Source of the DNA: Pseudomonadota bacterium | Lineage (GTDB): Bacteria; Pseudomonadota; Alphaproteobacteria; Rhodobacterales; Rhodobacteraceae | Direction of reading: 5' to 3' | Length of the DNA stretch: 35,709 nucleotides | Assembly (NCBI GenBank): GCA_039814845.1 | Contig: JBCCAJ010000001.1 | Span: 1 to 35,709 of the forward strand | In this document: one piece after another, positions 26,061 to 35,709 of the stretch | Layout: every line of letters begins with the position of its first letter | Position numbering within the stretch: position 1 is the first letter of the stretch | Position numbers and translations under genes: made by a program | Notes under the pieces: model-generated | What the model saw: the letters and a program-made list of their open reading frames with translations, nothing else | Told to the model about the DNA's origin: nothing | Database searches by the model: none

Positions 26061-26753
26061 GTGACTTTACATTTTTCTAATCTCAACGATCTGACGGAGG
26101 CTGCGCCTTCTGCTCAGGACGTGGCTGCCCGCGCTGCAACGCGGCGTGGCTTTTACCGGAACGGGGTCAAACGCGCCTTTGATGTGCTGTTGATCCTACT
26201 TGCTTTGCCTTTCGCATTGCCGCTGATTGCCGTGATGGCGCTGCTGGTGGCACGCGATGGTGGTTCACCTTTCTACACGCAAACCCGCATCGGTCAGGAT
26301 GGCCGCCGTTTCAAGATGTGGAAGCTGCGCACCATGGTGCCTAATGCGCACCAGTATCTGACCAACTATCTGAACGTTCATCCCGAAGCGCGCGCGGAAT
26401 GGGACAAGTCCCAAAAGCTCAAGAACGATCCACGGATCACACCATTGGGCCGCATCCTGCGCAAATCCTCTATCGATGAGCTGCCACAGCTGTGGAATGT
26501 GCTGAACGGCACCATGTCTTTGGTTGGGCCACGCCCGATGATGGTCAGCCAGCAGGCGATGTATACCGGAAGCGGCTATTATAACCTGCGCCCCGGCATT
26601 ACCGGTTTGTGGCAGGTCTCTGACCGCAACGAAGGCGATTTCACCGGCCGCGTCATGTATGACGATGCCTATGACGATCAGATCTCGCTTCGGACGGATA
26701 TCAAGGTGCTGTGGCGGACCGTTGGCGTCATGCTGCGCTGCACTGGATACTAA
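26061..26753 (+). CDS. Priming undecaprenyl-phosphate sugar transferase (ExoY-like)
   Basis: KRAFD, 'F.MWKLRTM', 'DPRIT..G..LRK.SIDELPQL.NVL.G.MSLVGPRP' and PGITGLWQVS motifs. Start uncertain. Confidence 0.93.
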   Translation: MTLHFSNLNDLTEAAPSAQDVAARAATRRGFYRNGVKRAFDVLLILLALPFALPLIAVMALLVARDGGSPFYTQTRIGQDGRRFKMWKLRTMVPNAHQYLTNYLNVHPEARAEWDKSQKLKNDPRITPLGRILRKSSIDELPQLWNVLNGTMSLVGPRPMMVSQQAMYTGSGYYNLRPGITGLWQVSDRNEGDFTGRVMYDDAYDDQISLRTDIKVLWRTVGVMLRCTGY

Positions 26754-26785
26754 GGCTGCACAACTAAAGCAGCCGTGAACGCATC

Positions 26786-26834
26786 GGGCCCCTGGGGCGC
26801 ATTCTGCTCAATGCAGGCTGCGCCCCAAGGGTCC
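26786..26834. terminator. Long imperfect hairpin downstream of the sugar transferase
   Basis: GGGCCCCTGGGGCGCA-TTCTGC...GCAGGC-TGCGCCCCAAGGGTCC. Confidence 0.45.
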
Positions 26835-27042
26835 TGCGCCTAAAACGCACCACTTAAAGAATTTTAAAAACCGGCCTTTAGGCAGTCATTTTTAAGACAG
26901 AATTATCGGGCCATCCTTATGGGTGGCCACGCGTCACTTTATAATCATCGTATTAAAACGCCCTTCAGAATATAGTGATTTGGCAGATCACGATGATCTG
27001 GCTAAGACCTGGGCGGGGACATTGAGGAGAGGGAATTTAGTC

Positions 27043-29496
27043 GTGCAACATCGGTTTGCTTTCAAACTTGTCGCCACACTGGCGCTCATCGGCACCCTTG
27101 CGGCCTGCGAAAATTCCGAGGACCGCGCAGAGCGGTACTTTCAAAGCGGGCTGAGCCTGCTGGAAGAAGGTGATGTCGAACGCGCACTCATTGAGTTTCG
27201 CAATGTCTTCAACCTCAACAGCGCCCACCGCGATGCGCGCCAGACCTATGCGCGCGTCTCGCGCGAACAGGGCGACACCCGCGAAGCCTACGGCCAGTAC
27301 CTGCGCCTGATCGAACAATACCCGGATGACCTTGAAGGTCGCGTGGCGCTGGCGGAAATGTCCTTTGCCGGGCAGGACTGGGAAGAATTTGAGCGCCACA
27401 CCACCGCCGCGGTGGAGCTGAGCGCAGAAGATGAAAAAGTACAGACGCTTTCCGTGCTGCGCGACTACCGCGCCGCAGCCATTGCCGAGGATGAGGGCGC
27501 GCGCCAGGCTGCCTTCCAGCGGGCGCTGGAGCTGAGCAAGACCCAGACCGACAGCGCGCTGTTGCAGGAGATCGAGATCGACGGCCATGTGCGCAACACC
27601 GCCTACTCTGATGCGCTGGACGCCATCGAGCGCGCATTGGCACAACGCCCCGAGACCCGCACGCTTTACAACACACGCCTGTCGCTCCTGGCCCGGCTCG
27701 AGGACAACGAAGCGCTGGAGACCCAGCTGCGCGACATGGTCACACGCTTTCCCGAAGATGACGCGATCAAACAGACGTTGATCCGTTTTTACATGTCCCG
27801 CGAGGAGCCGGACAAGGCCGAGAACTTCCTGCGCGAAATCTCGGACCCCAATGCCGAGGACACCGGGCTTTATATGTCACTGCTGCAGTTCATCGGGCAG
27901 CTGCGCGGGCCTGAGGCGATGATGGAAGAGCTGGACCGGGTGATCCCGGAAGTGGATGATCCGTCCGTCTATCAGGCGATGCGCGCCGGTATGGTGTTTC
28001 AGCAAGGTGATCGCGATGAGGGCATCGCCAATATGGAAGCCATTCTGGAAGGCAAGGAAAGCTCTGAGCAGACCCGCCGCGTCAAGGTGAGCCTGGCGCA
28101 GATGCTGCTGCAGACCGGTAATGAAGTGGGCGCGCGGCGCCTGATCGAAGAAGTGCTGGCCGAGGACACCACCCAGGTGGATGCCCTGCGCATGCGGGCC
28201 GCCTGGCAGATTGAAGGTGATGACACCGCAAGTGCGATTGCCACCCTGCGCACCGCTCTTGATCAATCGCCGCAGGACGTGCGCTCCATGACCTTGATGA
28301 GCCAGGCCTACTTACGTGCCGGCAACCGGAACCTGGCGCGGGATTTCCTGTCGCTGGCGGTGGATGCCTCGGGTCAGGCCCCGGCGGAATCCGTACGCTA
28401 CGCCCGGTTCCTGGCTGACGAAGAACGTTATGCGCCCGCAGAGCAGATCCTGATCGCCAGCCTGCGCTCGGCACGCAACGATCCTGCCGTGCTGACCGAA
28501 TTGGGCCGCACCTATCTGCTGATGAACGATCTGCCCCGTCTGCGGCAGGTGATCGACACGCTGAAAGGGCTGGGCACATCGACCGCAGATCAGGTCGCCG
28601 CCGGGCTTGAGGCGAGCCTCATTGAACGCGAGAACGGCACTGAAGCAGCGATCGATTTCCTGCAGGACGCGTCGAAGGATTGGGACAACACGCTGACTGC
28701 GACAACGGCTGTGATCCGTGCGCGGTTGATCAGCGGTGATCTGACCGGGGCGCTTGCCACGGCGGCTAAGGCGCTGGCCGAAGCTCCTGAGGATCCAGAC
28801 CGGCGCTATATGATGGCCGCCACGCAGGGTGCCACCGGCAATTTCATTGCCGCAGAAGCCTCGTACCGCGCACTGGTGGAGGAATTCCCCGACCGGCCGC
28901 GCATCTGGCTGGAGCTGATCCGCACGTTGGGCGCGCAAGGCAAGACCGATCAGGTGCCTGCCTTGCTTGAGGCCGGGCTGGATGCCAACCCTGGCGCGCC
29001 TGATCTGCTGTGGGTCCGGGCAGGCAATCTGGAGCGCGCCGGTGACATCGAGGGCGCGATTGCGATCTATGAAGAGATGTATGCCGAGAACTCGAATTCG
29101 GTGGTGATCAGCAACAACCTGGCAAGTCTGATGGCAACACACCGCGATGATGCGGAGAGCCTTACCCGGGCCGCCGCCGTTGCCGCCCGTCTGCGCGACA
29201 CCGAAGTGCCCGCGTTCCAGGATACCTGGGGATGGATTGCCTTCCGTCAGGGCCGGGCTGAAGAGGCGCTGGCGCCGCTTGAATCCGCCGCAGCAGGCCT
29301 GCCGCGTGACCCGCTGGTGCAGTACCATCTGGGTCGCACCTATGAGGCGCTGTCGCGTGCCGATGAGGCGATTGCACAGTTTGTCAAAGCGGTTGAACTG
29401 GCCGGACCCGACAGCACGCTGCCCCAGATCGCCGATGCGCGTCAGCGGATCAGTGAGCTGCGCAATGCGCCTGAAACCGCACCAGCGACGGAATAA
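27043..29496 (+). CDS. TPR-repeat lipoprotein (PrsT-like, exosortase/EPS-associated)
   Basis: Lipobox LAAC, many TPR repeats, 'NNLA' and 'DTWGW...YHLG'; RBS GAGGAG before GTG 27043. Confidence 0.88.
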   Translation: MQHRFAFKLVATLALIGTLAACENSEDRAERYFQSGLSLLEEGDVERALIEFRNVFNLNSAHRDARQTYARVSREQGDTREAYGQYLRLIEQYPDDLEGRVALAEMSFAGQDWEEFERHTTAAVELSAEDEKVQTLSVLRDYRAAAIAEDEGARQAAFQRALELSKTQTDSALLQEIEIDGHVRNTAYSDALDAIERALAQRPETRTLYNTRLSLLARLEDNEALETQLRDMVTRFPEDDAIKQTLIRFYMSREEPDKAENFLREISDPNAEDTGLYMSLLQFIGQLRGPEAMMEELDRVIPEVDDPSVYQAMRAGMVFQQGDRDEGIANMEAILEGKESSEQTRRVKVSLAQMLLQTGNEVGARRLIEEVLAEDTTQVDALRMRAAWQIEGDDTASAIATLRTALDQSPQDVRSMTLMSQAYLRAGNRNLARDFLSLAVDASGQAPAESVRYARFLADEERYAPAEQILIASLRSARNDPAVLTELGRTYLLMNDLPRLRQVIDTLKGLGTSTADQVAAGLEASLIERENGTEAAIDFLQDASKDWDNTLTATTAVIRARLISGDLTGALATAAKALAEAPEDPDRRYMMAATQGATGNFIAAEASYRALVEEFPDRPRIWLELIRTLGAQGKTDQVPALLEAGLDANPGAPDLLWVRAGNLERAGDIEGAIAIYEEMYAENSNSVVISNNLASLMATHRDDAESLTRAAAVAARLRDTEVPAFQDTWGWIAFRQGRAEEALAPLESAAAGLPRDPLVQYHLGRTYEALSRADEAIAQFVKAVELAGPDSTLPQIADARQRISELRNAPETAPATE

Positions 29497-29822
29497 GGCG
29501 TCCTGCCTGTAACCTGAGGCATCATGTATCGCCGGTATCCCGAGAACGCCGCAGGCGGGGCGGGGTATTGGCGGTTCAAGTTTAAGGCAGAGGGCGCTAG
29601 GCTCCCCCCTGCCGATCTCAAACTTTTGGCCTAAAGCCACCTGGCATGCCCCTCCACCACACAACAAAGAGGGCCGTGTCGCGATAGGCACAATGTGAAA
29701 AAAACCGGGCATCAGGCACACAAACTCTTTTATCATGCCCGGTGAGCGGGCATTGACATAAACAACGGCCCTGCCGCGCCCTGCCTGCGCGCCTATTGTG
29801 GGCCCCAACGCGTGAGGATGAC

Positions 29823-30473
29823 ATGAGAGTATTTTTTCTAGCACTCTGGGCTGTTCTGCTGGCCGGTGTTGCGCTGGCCCAAAGCGATTATGTGGTGCGC
29901 TCGGGAGATACCCTGCGGATTGAAGTGCTGGAAGATGCCTCGCTCAACCGCTCTGTGATCGTGCTTCCCGACGGGCGCTTCAGCTTTCCTTTTGCCGGCA
30001 CCGTGCGCGCCGGAGGCCGTACGCTGAGCCAGATCGAGACATCCATCGGCAATGCCATCGCCTCAAACTTTGCCGCACCGCCAAATGTCTTTGTCGCCAT
30101 TCAGCAGCTGCGTCCGACACCCGCGCCCACAGCGGTAGAGATCGCGCGCGCCAATGCCGCCGCCCGACGTGGTCTGTTGCCTGAAACCGGGCCGACGATT
30201 TCTGTCTTCCTGCTGGGTGAGGTGAACACCCCTGGGCCCCAGGATGTGCCGCCCGGCACCACGTTCTTGCAGGCGCTGTCGCGCTCTGGCGGGTTTTCGA
30301 ACTTTGCCGCCCTCAAGCGGATCCAGGTCCGCCGTACTGATGCGAGCACCGGCGCGCAATCGCTGTTTGTGATCAACTACCGCGATCTGTCACGCGGGTC
30401 CGAACTGACCGGCAACATTGCTTTGCAGGAAGGGGACGTGATCCTGGTGCCGCAACGACGGCTCTTCGAGTAG
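29823..30473 (+). CDS. Polysaccharide biosynthesis/export protein (Wza/OPX family)
   Basis: Signal peptide, 'Y....GD.L.I.V', 'V.PDG...P..G.V.A.G.T', SLBB motif 'GEV..PG...AL..SGG', 'L..GDVI.VP'. Confidence 0.92.
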   Translation: MRVFFLALWAVLLAGVALAQSDYVVRSGDTLRIEVLEDASLNRSVIVLPDGRFSFPFAGTVRAGGRTLSQIETSIGNAIASNFAAPPNVFVAIQQLRPTPAPTAVEIARANAAARRGLLPETGPTISVFLLGEVNTPGPQDVPPGTTFLQALSRSGGFSNFAALKRIQVRRTDASTGAQSLFVINYRDLSRGSELTGNIALQEGDVILVPQRRLFE

Positions 30474-30477
30474 CGTC

Positions 30478-32067
30478 ATGAAGGGCAGGGGGCCTTTTCA
30501 GCGACATAACGTCAAGAAACGCAAGACCCAAAGACCCGGCGTATGGTTCGCAGGGGGCGCAAGCCTCGGTGCCGGTACGCTGGTGTTTGGTATTGTCTCC
30601 ATCGCCTCTGCCCAGGCCATTGAACCAGGCGGCCGGTCACTGGATCTGACGCTGGGCCAGTCGTTTCAATACAGTGACAACATCGATCTGATTGCCAATC
30701 CCGAAGGTGAGACCCTGCGCTCCAGCACCAGCTTTGGGTTGGAGTATGCCGATATCACCCGCAACCAGTCCCTGCGGCTGAGCCTGCGCGGTGTCTATGA
30801 GGTCGATGACGAGAACGACGAAGTCAGCGATCCCTTTGCTGAGTTGTCTTATGCGCTGGAAGGGTCAAACACCCGGCTGGCCTTTTCCGCCAATTTCCGC
30901 CGCACCGACCTTGATGATGCCTTTGTGCCGCTTGAGCTTTTGCCGGTCGGTTTTGATCCGGTGAACACACCGGTGAACGAGATTGTGCGCATTGAAGCCG
31001 GGATCCGCACCGACCGTTACTATGAGGTTGGGTTTGAGACTGGCATGCGCTCAAACATCGGTTTCAAACTGGACCTGTCCCAGCAAGACCGCGGCTTTTC
31101 CGACGTGTCGCTGGTCGATCTGGTCAGCCCGACGGATCTGGCCGACAGCCGGGTGCGCCGGGTGGATGCATTGACCACGTTCCGCATTGATCCTGCCGTC
31201 ACCGCCACCATCTTTGCCGATGCGCGTGAGTATAAGGCCGATGACGTCGAACAGGTGGAACGCACCGACACCAACTTTGGCATCGGAGCCAGCTTTGGCG
31301 TCTCGCCCTCAACCACGCTGGATGTGGCACTGGGTCAGCGCAAGATTGAGCGTACCCGCGATGGCGTCCTGCGCGAGGCCGATGGTGTGACACTTGAGGC
31401 CGATCTGGACCGCGCCTTGCCCAATGGGTCAATCGGCGTTGATTTCATCTCTGCGCCAACGCTCAACGGCCGCGACAACACCCTGCGCGTCAACCGCGCC
31501 ATGGAGCTGACGCGCAACCGGCAGCTTTCCTATGGCATCGGGGTCAGCAACACGGCCGATCTGGGCTCAGAGCCGCTCTTTAGTCTCGCCTATGTGCAGC
31601 CGTTGAAGCGGGGCCGCTTTGGCGTCACCCTCAACCAGGAAACCCGCACCGAGGAAAACAGCGATGAGGCAGTGGTCCTGACCAGCGTGACGGCGAATTA
31701 CGCGCTGGCGCTGTCGCCCAATGTGAACTGGTCGGTGCGCGCAGGCGTCAATGACATCGCGGCACGCAGCACCACCGGATCAGACCGGCGCGGCATCAGC
31801 CTGCGCACCGATCTGGTGGGGCGGATCAACAATGTCTCAAGCTGGTCTTTGGGCGGCACCCTGGGTGACACCCGCGTCTCAGACAACGTCGATGAGGCCC
31901 GCGAGCGGCGCTTTGGCGTCCAGATGGCCTATCGCCGCGAAATGACGCGCGACTGGAACATGGTGGCGCAGTATCAGCATTTCACCATTCTCGATGATGA
32001 TGAAGACGACCGGCGGTCGAACACCATCTCACTGGGATTGGAGCGGACGTTCAGCTTCCGGCCCTAA
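30478..32067 (+). CDS. Probable outer-membrane beta-barrel protein of the EPS export system
   Basis: Signal-like N-terminus, alternating amphipathic beta pattern, aromatic C-terminus (RTFSFRP); immediately after wza. Confidence 0.7.
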   Translation: MKGRGPFQRHNVKKRKTQRPGVWFAGGASLGAGTLVFGIVSIASAQAIEPGGRSLDLTLGQSFQYSDNIDLIANPEGETLRSSTSFGLEYADITRNQSLRLSLRGVYEVDDENDEVSDPFAELSYALEGSNTRLAFSANFRRTDLDDAFVPLELLPVGFDPVNTPVNEIVRIEAGIRTDRYYEVGFETGMRSNIGFKLDLSQQDRGFSDVSLVDLVSPTDLADSRVRRVDALTTFRIDPAVTATIFADAREYKADDVEQVERTDTNFGIGASFGVSPSTTLDVALGQRKIERTRDGVLREADGVTLEADLDRALPNGSIGVDFISAPTLNGRDNTLRVNRAMELTRNRQLSYGIGVSNTADLGSEPLFSLAYVQPLKRGRFGVTLNQETRTEENSDEAVVLTSVTANYALALSPNVNWSVRAGVNDIAARSTTGSDRRGISLRTDLVGRINNVSSWSLGGTLGDTRVSDNVDEARERRFGVQMAYRREMTRDWNMVAQYQHFTILDDDEDDRRSNTISLGLERTFSFRP

Positions 32068-32261
32068 GGGGGATCTGACAGATACCGCAGGTCTGACAAA
32101 AATCTGACCAAAAGCCATTATAGACACTGCCAGACGGGCAGTGCTTCAGGCATCAAACAATCGTTATGGCCGCCTAATCCGGCTCGCGCAGAGGGATGAA
32201 TTCTGGTATGAGCACCCATATTGGGTTATCGGCATAGATTAGCGTTTTAGAGGTTTCCATT

Positions 32262-33884
32262 ATGGATGCGATTCAGAGAAAACCGGCGTCATTGTTTCTA
32301 GACTACAAGATCAACCCCACCGGGCTGATCTGGTTTCTGGTATTGTCCCTGGCATCGATCCCGGTGTTCTGGCTGGGCTTTGAAAGCCTGATCCGCGCCT
32401 GGGGCACCCCTGAATACAGCCACGGGCCGCTCATTCCGCTGATCTCGCTCTATCTTTTCCTGCGCGAGCTGCGTCAGGCGCCGCCCGTAGACGAAGCCGC
32501 CCCCAAGAAACGCTGGCCCGGTCTGGTGGTCATCGCCTTTGGTCTGGCTCTGGCAATCCTGGGCAATATGGTGCGCATCCCCGATATCGTGACCTATGCC
32601 TATATCATCTGGGTGGGTGGCGTCGTGCTGACCATCTTTGGCTGGGAGCGCGGCAAGAAACACCAGCTGCCTGTGCTGCACCTGATCTTCATGCTGCCCT
32701 TGCCGAACTTCATCTACTGGAAGCTGACGATTGTCCTGCAAGGCATCTCATCCGAGATTGGCGTCTGGATGGTGCAACTGGCCGGCATTCCCGTTTTCCT
32801 GGATGGCAACATCATTGATCTTGGGGTCTATAAGCTACAGGTGGCAGAGGCCTGTTCGGGTCTGCGCTATCTCTTCCCGATCCTGAGCTTTTCCTATCTC
32901 TTCTCGATCCTCTATCGCGGTCCGATCTGGCACAAGGCTGTGCTTTTGCTGGCCGCGGCCCCCCTGACGGTCTTGATGAACTCTTTCCGCATTGGGATGA
33001 TCGGCATTTTGGTGAATTCCTATGGCATCGGCCATGCGGATGGGTTCCTGCATTGGTTTGAGGGCTGGGTGATCTTTGGCACCTGCATTGCGATCCTCTT
33101 TCTGATGGCCATCGCCCTGCAACGCCTGACACCCAATCCGCTGCCCCTGGCCGAGGCGATTGACCTCGACTTCAACGGCTTTGGCGGCATCATGGCGCGC
33201 ATTCTGGACATCAAGCCGGCGCGGATGATCACCGCCGCCGCGGTGTTGAGCATCGCGGTCACCGCAACCTTTATGACCGTCAAGGCCCCAGAGCCCGACC
33301 CTATTGAACGCGAGAGCTTTCAGCTTTTCCCACGCTCCTTGGGTGACTGGCAGGGCCGTCAATTCCAGCTGGATGCAGATGTAGAGCGGGTGCTGGGCGC
33401 GGATGACTACATCAACGCCACCTATTTCTCCCCCGGTCAGCCCGAGACGGTGAACTTCTTCTCTGCCTTCTATCACAAACAGACCGAAGGATCGGGCATC
33501 CACTCGCCCGAGGTCTGCCTGCCTGTCGGTGGCTGGGAGATCTTTACCTTCGAGACCCATGAAGTGAACATGCCAGACAGCATCTATGGCACCTTTGAGC
33601 TCAACCGTGCGGTAATCCAGAAGGGTCTCGACAAGCAGATGGTCTATTACTGGTTCGAACAGCGCGGCCGGCGCATGACCAACGACTTCTCCGCCAAGAT
33701 GACCGTGCTTTATGACGGCTTTACCATGGGCCGCTCGGACGGGGCCATCGTGCGCTTTACCACCGCCATCGGGCGCAATGAGACAGAGGCCGACGCCGAG
33801 GCGCGCATCGAGGCGCTGATGGCAGAGGCGTTGCCGCGCCTGCCTCGGTTCATCCCTGACGGTCCCGGCGACACCGCGCGCTGA
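32262..33884 (+). CDS. xrtD: Exosortase D (VPLPA-CTERM-specific) with C-terminal EpsI domain
   Basis: [18 protein letters not shown] (catalytic Cys), N.FR, 'H.FEGW' and the EpsI motif [10 protein letters not shown]. Confidence 0.9.
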   Translation: MDAIQRKPASLFLDYKINPTGLIWFLVLSLASIPVFWLGFESLIRAWGTPEYSHGPLIPLISLYLFLRELRQAPPVDEAAPKKRWPGLVVIAFGLALAILGNMVRIPDIVTYAYIIWVGGVVLTIFGWERGKKHQLPVLHLIFMLPLPNFIYWKLTIVLQGISSEIGVWMVQLAGIPVFLDGNIIDLGVYKLQVAEACSGLRYLFPILSFSYLFSILYRGPIWHKAVLLLAAAPLTVLMNSFRIGMIGILVNSYGIGHADGFLHWFEGWVIFGTCIAILFLMAIALQRLTPNPLPLAEAIDLDFNGFGGIMARILDIKPARMITAAAVLSIAVTATFMTVKAPEPDPIERESFQLFPRSLGDWQGRQFQLDADVERVLGADDYINATYFSPGQPETVNFFSAFYHKQTEGSGIHSPEVCLPVGGWEIFTFETHEVNMPDSIYGTFELNRAVIQKGLDKQMVYYWFEQRGRRMTNDFSAKMTVLYDGFTMGRSDGAIVRFTTAIGRNETEADAEARIEALMAEALPRLPRFIPDGPGDTAR

Positions 33885-33915
33885 ATGCGGCCCGAATGAC
33901 GCAAGGTCGGCGGAC

Positions 33916-34557
33916 GTGACGGGGATCTGGACGCAGATCAGATCCCAATGGTTCTTGTCGACCCTGCTGGTGTGTTGCGTAGGCATTGAGCTGACCTTGC
34001 TGGCCTCGGACTATGGGCTGCTGTCTCAGGGGCGTCTGCGCGTGTTGGCCTATGAATACTGCGGGTTCTGGAAGGGGCTCCTGGGCACCTGGCGACCCAA
34101 TTACGCCGCCCAACCCTATGCGATGTTTGGCACCTATGCGTTCCTGCATGCAGGCCCTGTGCATCTGATTGTGAACATGATCACCCTGTGGTCGCTGGGC
34201 CGGATCGTGCGCGACCGTGTGGGCACCGGCGGTCTGATGCTGCTCTATGCAGGGTCGGCCTTGGGGGGGGCCGGGGGCTTTGCGCTTTTGGGCACGAACC
34301 TGGCACCCATGGTCGGGGCGTCAGGCGCGCTCTTTGGTCTGGTGGGCGGGCTTTTGGCCTGGAACTATGTGGACCGTTACACGTTCACCGAAGGGCTTTG
34401 GCCGGTGGCACAGGCAGCGGCCCTGCTGATCGCACTGAACCTGGTAATGTGGTGGGCGATGGACGGCCAGATGGCCTGGCAGACCCACTTGGGCGGCTTT
34501 ATCGCGGGCTGGATCCTGGCCCTGCTGATTGATCCGAGGGGACGGGCGGCGGTTTAA
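33916..34557 (+). CDS. Rhomboid family intramembrane serine protease
   Basis: FLH...HL..NM, GASG (catalytic Ser) and HLGG (catalytic His) motifs. Confidence 0.92.
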   Translation: MTGIWTQIRSQWFLSTLLVCCVGIELTLLASDYGLLSQGRLRVLAYEYCGFWKGLLGTWRPNYAAQPYAMFGTYAFLHAGPVHLIVNMITLWSLGRIVRDRVGTGGLMLLYAGSALGGAGGFALLGTNLAPMVGASGALFGLVGGLLAWNYVDRYTFTEGLWPVAQAAALLIALNLVMWWAMDGQMAWQTHLGGFIAGWILALLIDPRGRAAV

Positions 34558-34692
34558 GACCTCAGAGGCGGCTGTGAGCCCTTTTTGCTAGAAGCTGCGC
34601 TGAGCGCGAATGGCGGCTTACCGACCTGTATTGTGTCGGAACGGCTGGTGTACTCTTGAGGATGAACGATTTCTAGAAACTGGAGATTAAAG

Positions 34693-35283
34693 TTGCCTGA
34701 TCTTACCGACGAAGAACTGATGCAAAAAATCAATAGGGCTATGCAATTTCATCAATCCACGACGGTGGATATGAACGGATCGTTTGCGATTATGGCTCAT
34801 GGATTTGCTCTCGTTCAAGAACAGTCTAAACGGCCCGATATGAGGAAGCAGTCCATGAACACCGGCAACATGATGTCGGGAGCGATGATTGTGTACCTTT
34901 TCGCCATGTGGGACCAGTTCTTTGAATTGGATGATATTCAAAAATATTTTGAGGAAGACGAGAAGCAGGTTTTCTATGCGTTCAAGCATTTGAGGCACGT
35001 TTTCGCGCATAACATTTTTGGAGAGCGTAAGGGGAACAAGGCGGGGCAAGACAGAATGAGCCATGCGGACAAACTAGATGCCATCATGGCGTCTGAGGCC
35101 GCATACACAAGCATTCGATGTACCAATGATCGGGTCGTGTTAACGTTTCCAGATGCGTTCTTAGATTGTCAGAATTTTCTGGCAAAGATGGCTTTGTTGT
35201 TAGGCTGCGGTAGGTTTTCCACGATAGGTGCGGGCAAGCCGATAAGGACGGTACCACCTTTGTCAGATCAAGACCGAACTTAG
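34693..35283 (+). CDS. Low-GC hypothetical protein with HEPN-like RxxxxH motif
   Basis: RBS GGAGA before TTG 34693; visibly more AT-rich than its neighbours; helical; contains LRHVFAHN. Confidence 0.7.
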   Translation: MPDLTDEELMQKINRAMQFHQSTTVDMNGSFAIMAHGFALVQEQSKRPDMRKQSMNTGNMMSGAMIVYLFAMWDQFFELDDIQKYFEEDEKQVFYAFKHLRHVFAHNIFGERKGNKAGQDRMSHADKLDAIMASEAAYTSIRCTNDRVVLTFPDAFLDCQNFLAKMALLLGCGRFSTIGAGKPIRTVPPLSDQDRT

Positions 35284-35420
35284 AGACTATCGCATCCGAT
35301 ACTGCCCGCTAATGCTTCGATTGCGGACACTAAGATCGTGCGCGCCTATGTCAGCAAAGTCCCGCAAAGCCGACCTTCACAACAATGAAATACGCCCCTG
35401 TAGCGTTTTCGAAAACGGCT

Positions 35421-35709
35421 TTAAAACCCAAGCGCACAATCCTCCCCCGGCGGCAGGCGCATCTCGATCAGGCGCGTTGACGTCAGCGGCCAGAAGCCGT
35501 CATCCGTGATTAGGGTCACGCCCAGATCACCGCCCGCTTCTTGCCACACCCCCAAACCTTCGGCATTGCCCAGATGCGCAGGCGGCGAGACGTACAAAAG
35601 GTCGTCACGCCAGGCCGCAGGGCCGCCCGACAGGCGCCGCACGCGAAAGGTAAAGCCAGAGGCCACCGCATAGCGCCGCGCCACCACATAAAGACAACCA
35701 TCAGGCCCC
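35421..35709 (-). CDS. Esterase-like activity of phytase family protein, C-terminal fragment (start outside window)
   Basis: Frame stays open to the window edge: GPDGCLYVVARR...NAEGLGVW...LITDDGF...T.L.E.RL, resembling the family C-terminus (N.EG..V...SD.NF). Confidence 0.65.
   Translation of the reverse strand, partial: GPDGCLYVVARRYAVASGFTFRVRRLSGGPAAWRDDLLYVSPPAHLGNAEGLGVWQEAGGDLGVTLITDDGFWPLTSTRLIEMRLPPGEDCALGF

Noticed and set aside
26854-26867. TTAA-N6-TTAA as a CtrA box upstream of the TPR gene
   Set aside because: Spacing is 6 rather than the canonical 7, and the context is AT-rich.
29497-29822. Possible sRNA or riboswitch in the TPR-wza intergenic region (hairpin near 29585-29613, TTGACA at 29753)
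   Set aside because: No recognisable RNA family motif and no properly spaced -10 element.
28312-29844. 510-aa minus-strand ORF and many other long overlapping ORFs (e.g. 32835-33986, 12713-13678, 14355-15239, 535-1236)
   Set aside because: Antisense or frame-shifted shadows of well-supported genes in high-GC DNA; no recognisable motifs.
34263-34270. G8 tract in the rhomboid (also G7 tracts at 1771 and 14123) as phase-variation sites
   Set aside because: Short, in frame, and encoding Gly or Pro runs expected in high-GC DNA.

Overview
GC-rich alphaproteobacterial DNA, most consistent with a Roseobacter-group (Rhodobacteraceae) plasmid or chromid. A RepA-type replication/partition module (parB-parA <- origin with three 22-bp-period iterons -> repA, plus a 14-bp parS-like palindrome) sits in the middle of a large Wzx/Wzy exopolysaccharide (EPS)/capsule locus. 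The locus has a priming sugar transferase, three GT2 and one GT4 glycosyltransferases, flippase, polymerase, split Wzc, Wza, a beta-barrel, a TPR lipoprotein, an ExeA-like ATPase, exosortase D, a rhomboid, and decorating enzymes (ExoV-like pyruvyltransferase, acyltransferase, deacetylase, ATP-grasp ligase). The most striking element is a two-gene operon inside the EPS locus. It encodes an 87-aa homolog of the gene transfer agent (GTA) head-spike base protein (Rcc01079/GhsA family), followed by a 986-aa putative spike fibre with Ig-like domains, a polysaccharide-lyase-like beta-helix and a lectin-like C-terminus. Next to it lies a secreted SpsR/PlyB-like glycanase with related motifs. This suggests a plasmid-borne 'lock-and-key' module: a capsule plus the matching, possibly capsule-degrading, GTA head spike. 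At the right end is a low-GC orphan gene with an RxxxxH (HEPN-like) motif, flanked by short degenerate repeats. All family assignments come from motif recognition by eye; no searches were run.
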